Assembly: GCA_045403015.1 (NCBI GenBank)
Contig: JAXIPI010000220.1
Span: 1 to 46,697, forward strand
DNA: 46,697 nt
Direction of reading: 5' to 3'
Origin: Gaiellaceae bacterium
Lineage (GTDB): Bacteria > Actinomycetota > Thermoleophilia > Gaiellales > Gaiellaceae
The position numbers and the translations under genes are program-made. Shown one piece after another: positions 45,266-46,697 of this stretch. Under the pieces are notes generated by a model. That model was given only the letters and a program-made list of their open reading frames with translations, did not search any database and was not told where the DNA came from. The stretch's first letter is position 1. Each line of letters begins with the position of its first letter.

Positions 45266-45820
45266 GTGAACCGCTGCGCCTGGGTGCCGCTGGCCGACCC
45301 TCTCTACGTCGCCTACCACGACGACGAGTGGGGCGTGCCCGAGCGGGACGAACGCAAGCTCTTCGAGCTGCTCAACCTCGAGGGCGCGCAGGCCGGACTC
45401 TCGTGGTCGACGATCCTGCACAAGCGCGAGGGCTACCGGGAGGCCTTCGCCGGCTGGGACATCGAGGCGGTCGCGCGATTCGACGAGCGTGACGTCGAGC
45501 GGCTGGTCGGCGATCCCGGGATCGTCCGCCACCGCGGCAAGATCGAAGCGGCGATCGGCAATGCGCGAGCCGTGCTCGCGCTCGACGTCCCGCTCTCTGA
45601 GCTTCTCTGGTCGTTCGTCGACGGGGAGCCGCGCGTGAACGAGTGGAAGACGGTCGCGGAGATCCCGGCCGAGACGGCGGAGTCGAAGGCGATGAGCAAG
45701 GAGCTGAAGCGGCTCGGGTTCCGCTTCACCGGCCCGACGACCTGCTACGCCTTCATGCAGTCCACCGGGCTCGTCGACGATCACGTCGTCGATTGCTTCC
45801 GGCGTACCGCCGGCAGGTGA
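45266..45820 (+). CDS. tag: DNA-3-methyladenine glycosylase I
   Basis: YHDDEWGVP, LFELLNLEGAQAGLSWSTIL, GFRFTGPTTCYAFMQSTGLVDDH. Confidence 0.9.
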   Translation: MNRCAWVPLADPLYVAYHDDEWGVPERDERKLFELLNLEGAQAGLSWSTILHKREGYREAFAGWDIEAVARFDERDVERLVGDPGIVRHRGKIEAAIGNARAVLALDVPLSELLWSFVDGEPRVNEWKTVAEIPAETAESKAMSKELKRLGFRFTGPTTCYAFMQSTGLVDDHVVDCFRRTAGR

Positions 45821-45874
45821 CATCCGTCACGAATCGAATCTCGTAGGGCTCATCTCACGAACAAGGAGCCCTGC

Positions 45875-46414
45875 ATGAAGTCTCGTACGCTGGTCGCTGC
45901 GCTGCTCGCCGGCGCGATCCTCGTCGCCGCGGCGATCGGAGCCTGGACGTCGTCGTCCCAAGGTGCCGCCGCGCCGCCGGGCGGTGGGCCGCTCACCGCC
46001 GCTCGGTTCGAGCTTACGGTCGACGGCCACTCGCTCGCGGTGTTCTCGGAGCTCGTCGGCATTTCGTCCGAAGTCGACATTGAAGACGTCCGGCTCGACA
46101 CGAAACGCAAGCACAAGGTGCGGAAGAAGCTGCCCGGTAAGCGAATGCCGCCGACGGTCACGCTCGCGCGTGGCATGACCAGGAACATCGAGCTCGCCGC
46201 CTGGCACGAGCTCGTGATCCTCGGGGACGTGGCTGCACGCAAGAACGTCACGCTGACGATGTACGACGCGACCGGAGATCCGGTCGTCCGCTACCACCTG
46301 ACGAACGCCTGGCCCTCCAAGCTGGAGATCGGCGCCCTGAAGGCGGGTGCCTCCTCGGCGCTGACGGAGACCGTCACGCTCGTCGCAGAGTTCATCCAGC
46401 GCGTCTCGGTCTGA
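45875..46414 (+). CDS. Phage tail tube (T4 gp19 / eCIS tube)-like protein with N-terminal signal peptide or anchor
   Basis: AAGGAG SD. MKSRTLVAALLAGAILVAAAIGAW hydrophobic leader. Core FELTVDGHSLAVFSELVGISSEVD...KLPGKRMPPTVTLARGMTRN.ELAAWHE...RKNVTLTMYDATGDPVVRYHLTNAWPSKLEIG matches the gp19-like tube family pattern as I recall it. Confidence 0.8.
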   Translation: MKSRTLVAALLAGAILVAAAIGAWTSSSQGAAAPPGGGPLTAARFELTVDGHSLAVFSELVGISSEVDIEDVRLDTKRKHKVRKKLPGKRMPPTVTLARGMTRNIELAAWHELVILGDVAARKNVTLTMYDATGDPVVRYHLTNAWPSKLEIGALKAGASSALTETVTLVAEFIQRVSV

Positions 46415-46424
46415 GCTGTCGAGT

Positions 46425-46461
46425 GCACGGCTTCTTCGCCTCGCGGGCGGGGAAGCCGTGC
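46425..46461. terminator. Stem-loop between convergent genes
   Basis: GCACGGCTTC / GAAGCCGTGC form a perfect 10-bp stem with a 17-nt loop. Confidence 0.5.
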
Positions 46462-46467
46462 TCCCAC

Positions 46468-46697
46468 TCAGGCGACAGGTGCCGTGACGAACGGCAGCAG
46501 GTCGTCGAGAGTCAGCACAGCTGACGTCGGCAGCTCGTCGGCGGCGCAGACGGCCTCGGCCAGCGCCCGTGCCTCTGCCTTCGCGAGCCACGACTCGTAC
46601 GCGTTGACGCGGGCAAAGCGGTTCAGCGAGGACTCGATCGCCGGGCGCGCATCGGCGATCGGAATCGTGCCGAGATAGACGGTGTCGTCGAGTGGGC
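46468..46697 (-). CDS. 3' end of a gene whose start lies beyond the window; product not recognised
   Basis: Minus-strand frame is open from the window edge to the TGA at 46470..46468 (...IADARPAIESSLNRFARVNAYESWLAKAEARALAEAVCAADELPTSAVLTLDDLLPFVTAPVA), with high GC3. Confidence 0.6.
   Translation of the reverse strand, partial: PLDDTVYLGTIPIADARPAIESSLNRFARVNAYESWLAKAEARALAEAVCAADELPTSAVLTLDDLLPFVTAPVA

Overview
Very GC-rich, densely coding bacterial chromosomal segment; third codon positions are almost uniformly G/C. The proteins look actinobacterial, but that is only an impression and is unverified. I recognised no rRNA, tRNA, CRISPR array, transposase or integrase. Left to right: (1) the 3' part of a large repeat protein with 186-nt tandem FG-GAP-like repeats, BNR/Asp-box motifs and a DUF3892-like tail. 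(2) A speH (AdoMet decarboxylase) plus BpsA-like aminopropyltransferase pair, behind a 254-nt leader carrying a 12-codon uORF. (3) A lower-GC two-gene islet: a signal-less endolysin-like LAS peptidase and a membrane-anchored pentapeptide-repeat protein. (4) A galactan/galactose utilisation locus: DeoR, GalT, ABC binding protein, two permeases, secreted GH53, ABC ATPase, GH42. (5) A SHOCT membrane protein and a NarL-type two-component pair. (6) A ~920-aa secreted M23 peptidase, ATGA-coupled to a small upstream ORF. After its in-frame TGA come 78 more codons with clear coding character. (7) A complete chemosensory cluster (MCP, CheW, CheA-REC, CheB, CheR-TPR, CheY) convergent with an orphan PilB/GspE ATPase. 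(8) Two tandem paralogous membrane proteins, a VOC protein and a 646-aa glycine-rich secreted protein. (9) A VOC protein, a translationally coupled RibD_C / FAD-oxidase / AraC operon, and DUF1349. (10) A secreted animal-haem peroxidase downstream of an orphan, atypical OmpR-family regulator, with three AAGAATT repeats phased at exactly 11 bp between them. (11) A tightly coupled four-gene operon of unknown function (includes a SAM methyltransferase and a protein with an Ada-zinc-like motif), divergent from a WYL/YafY regulator. (12) An ECF sigma factor fused to a TM/Pro-rich tail, Tag glycosylase, and an orphan phage-tail-tube (gp19)-like protein with a signal peptide. Best novelty candidates: the TGA-interrupted extension of the M23 gene, the WYL-linked operon, the atypical regulator / direct-repeat / peroxidase module, and the signal-peptide tail-tube homologue. 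All family calls come from motif recognition by eye, not searches.
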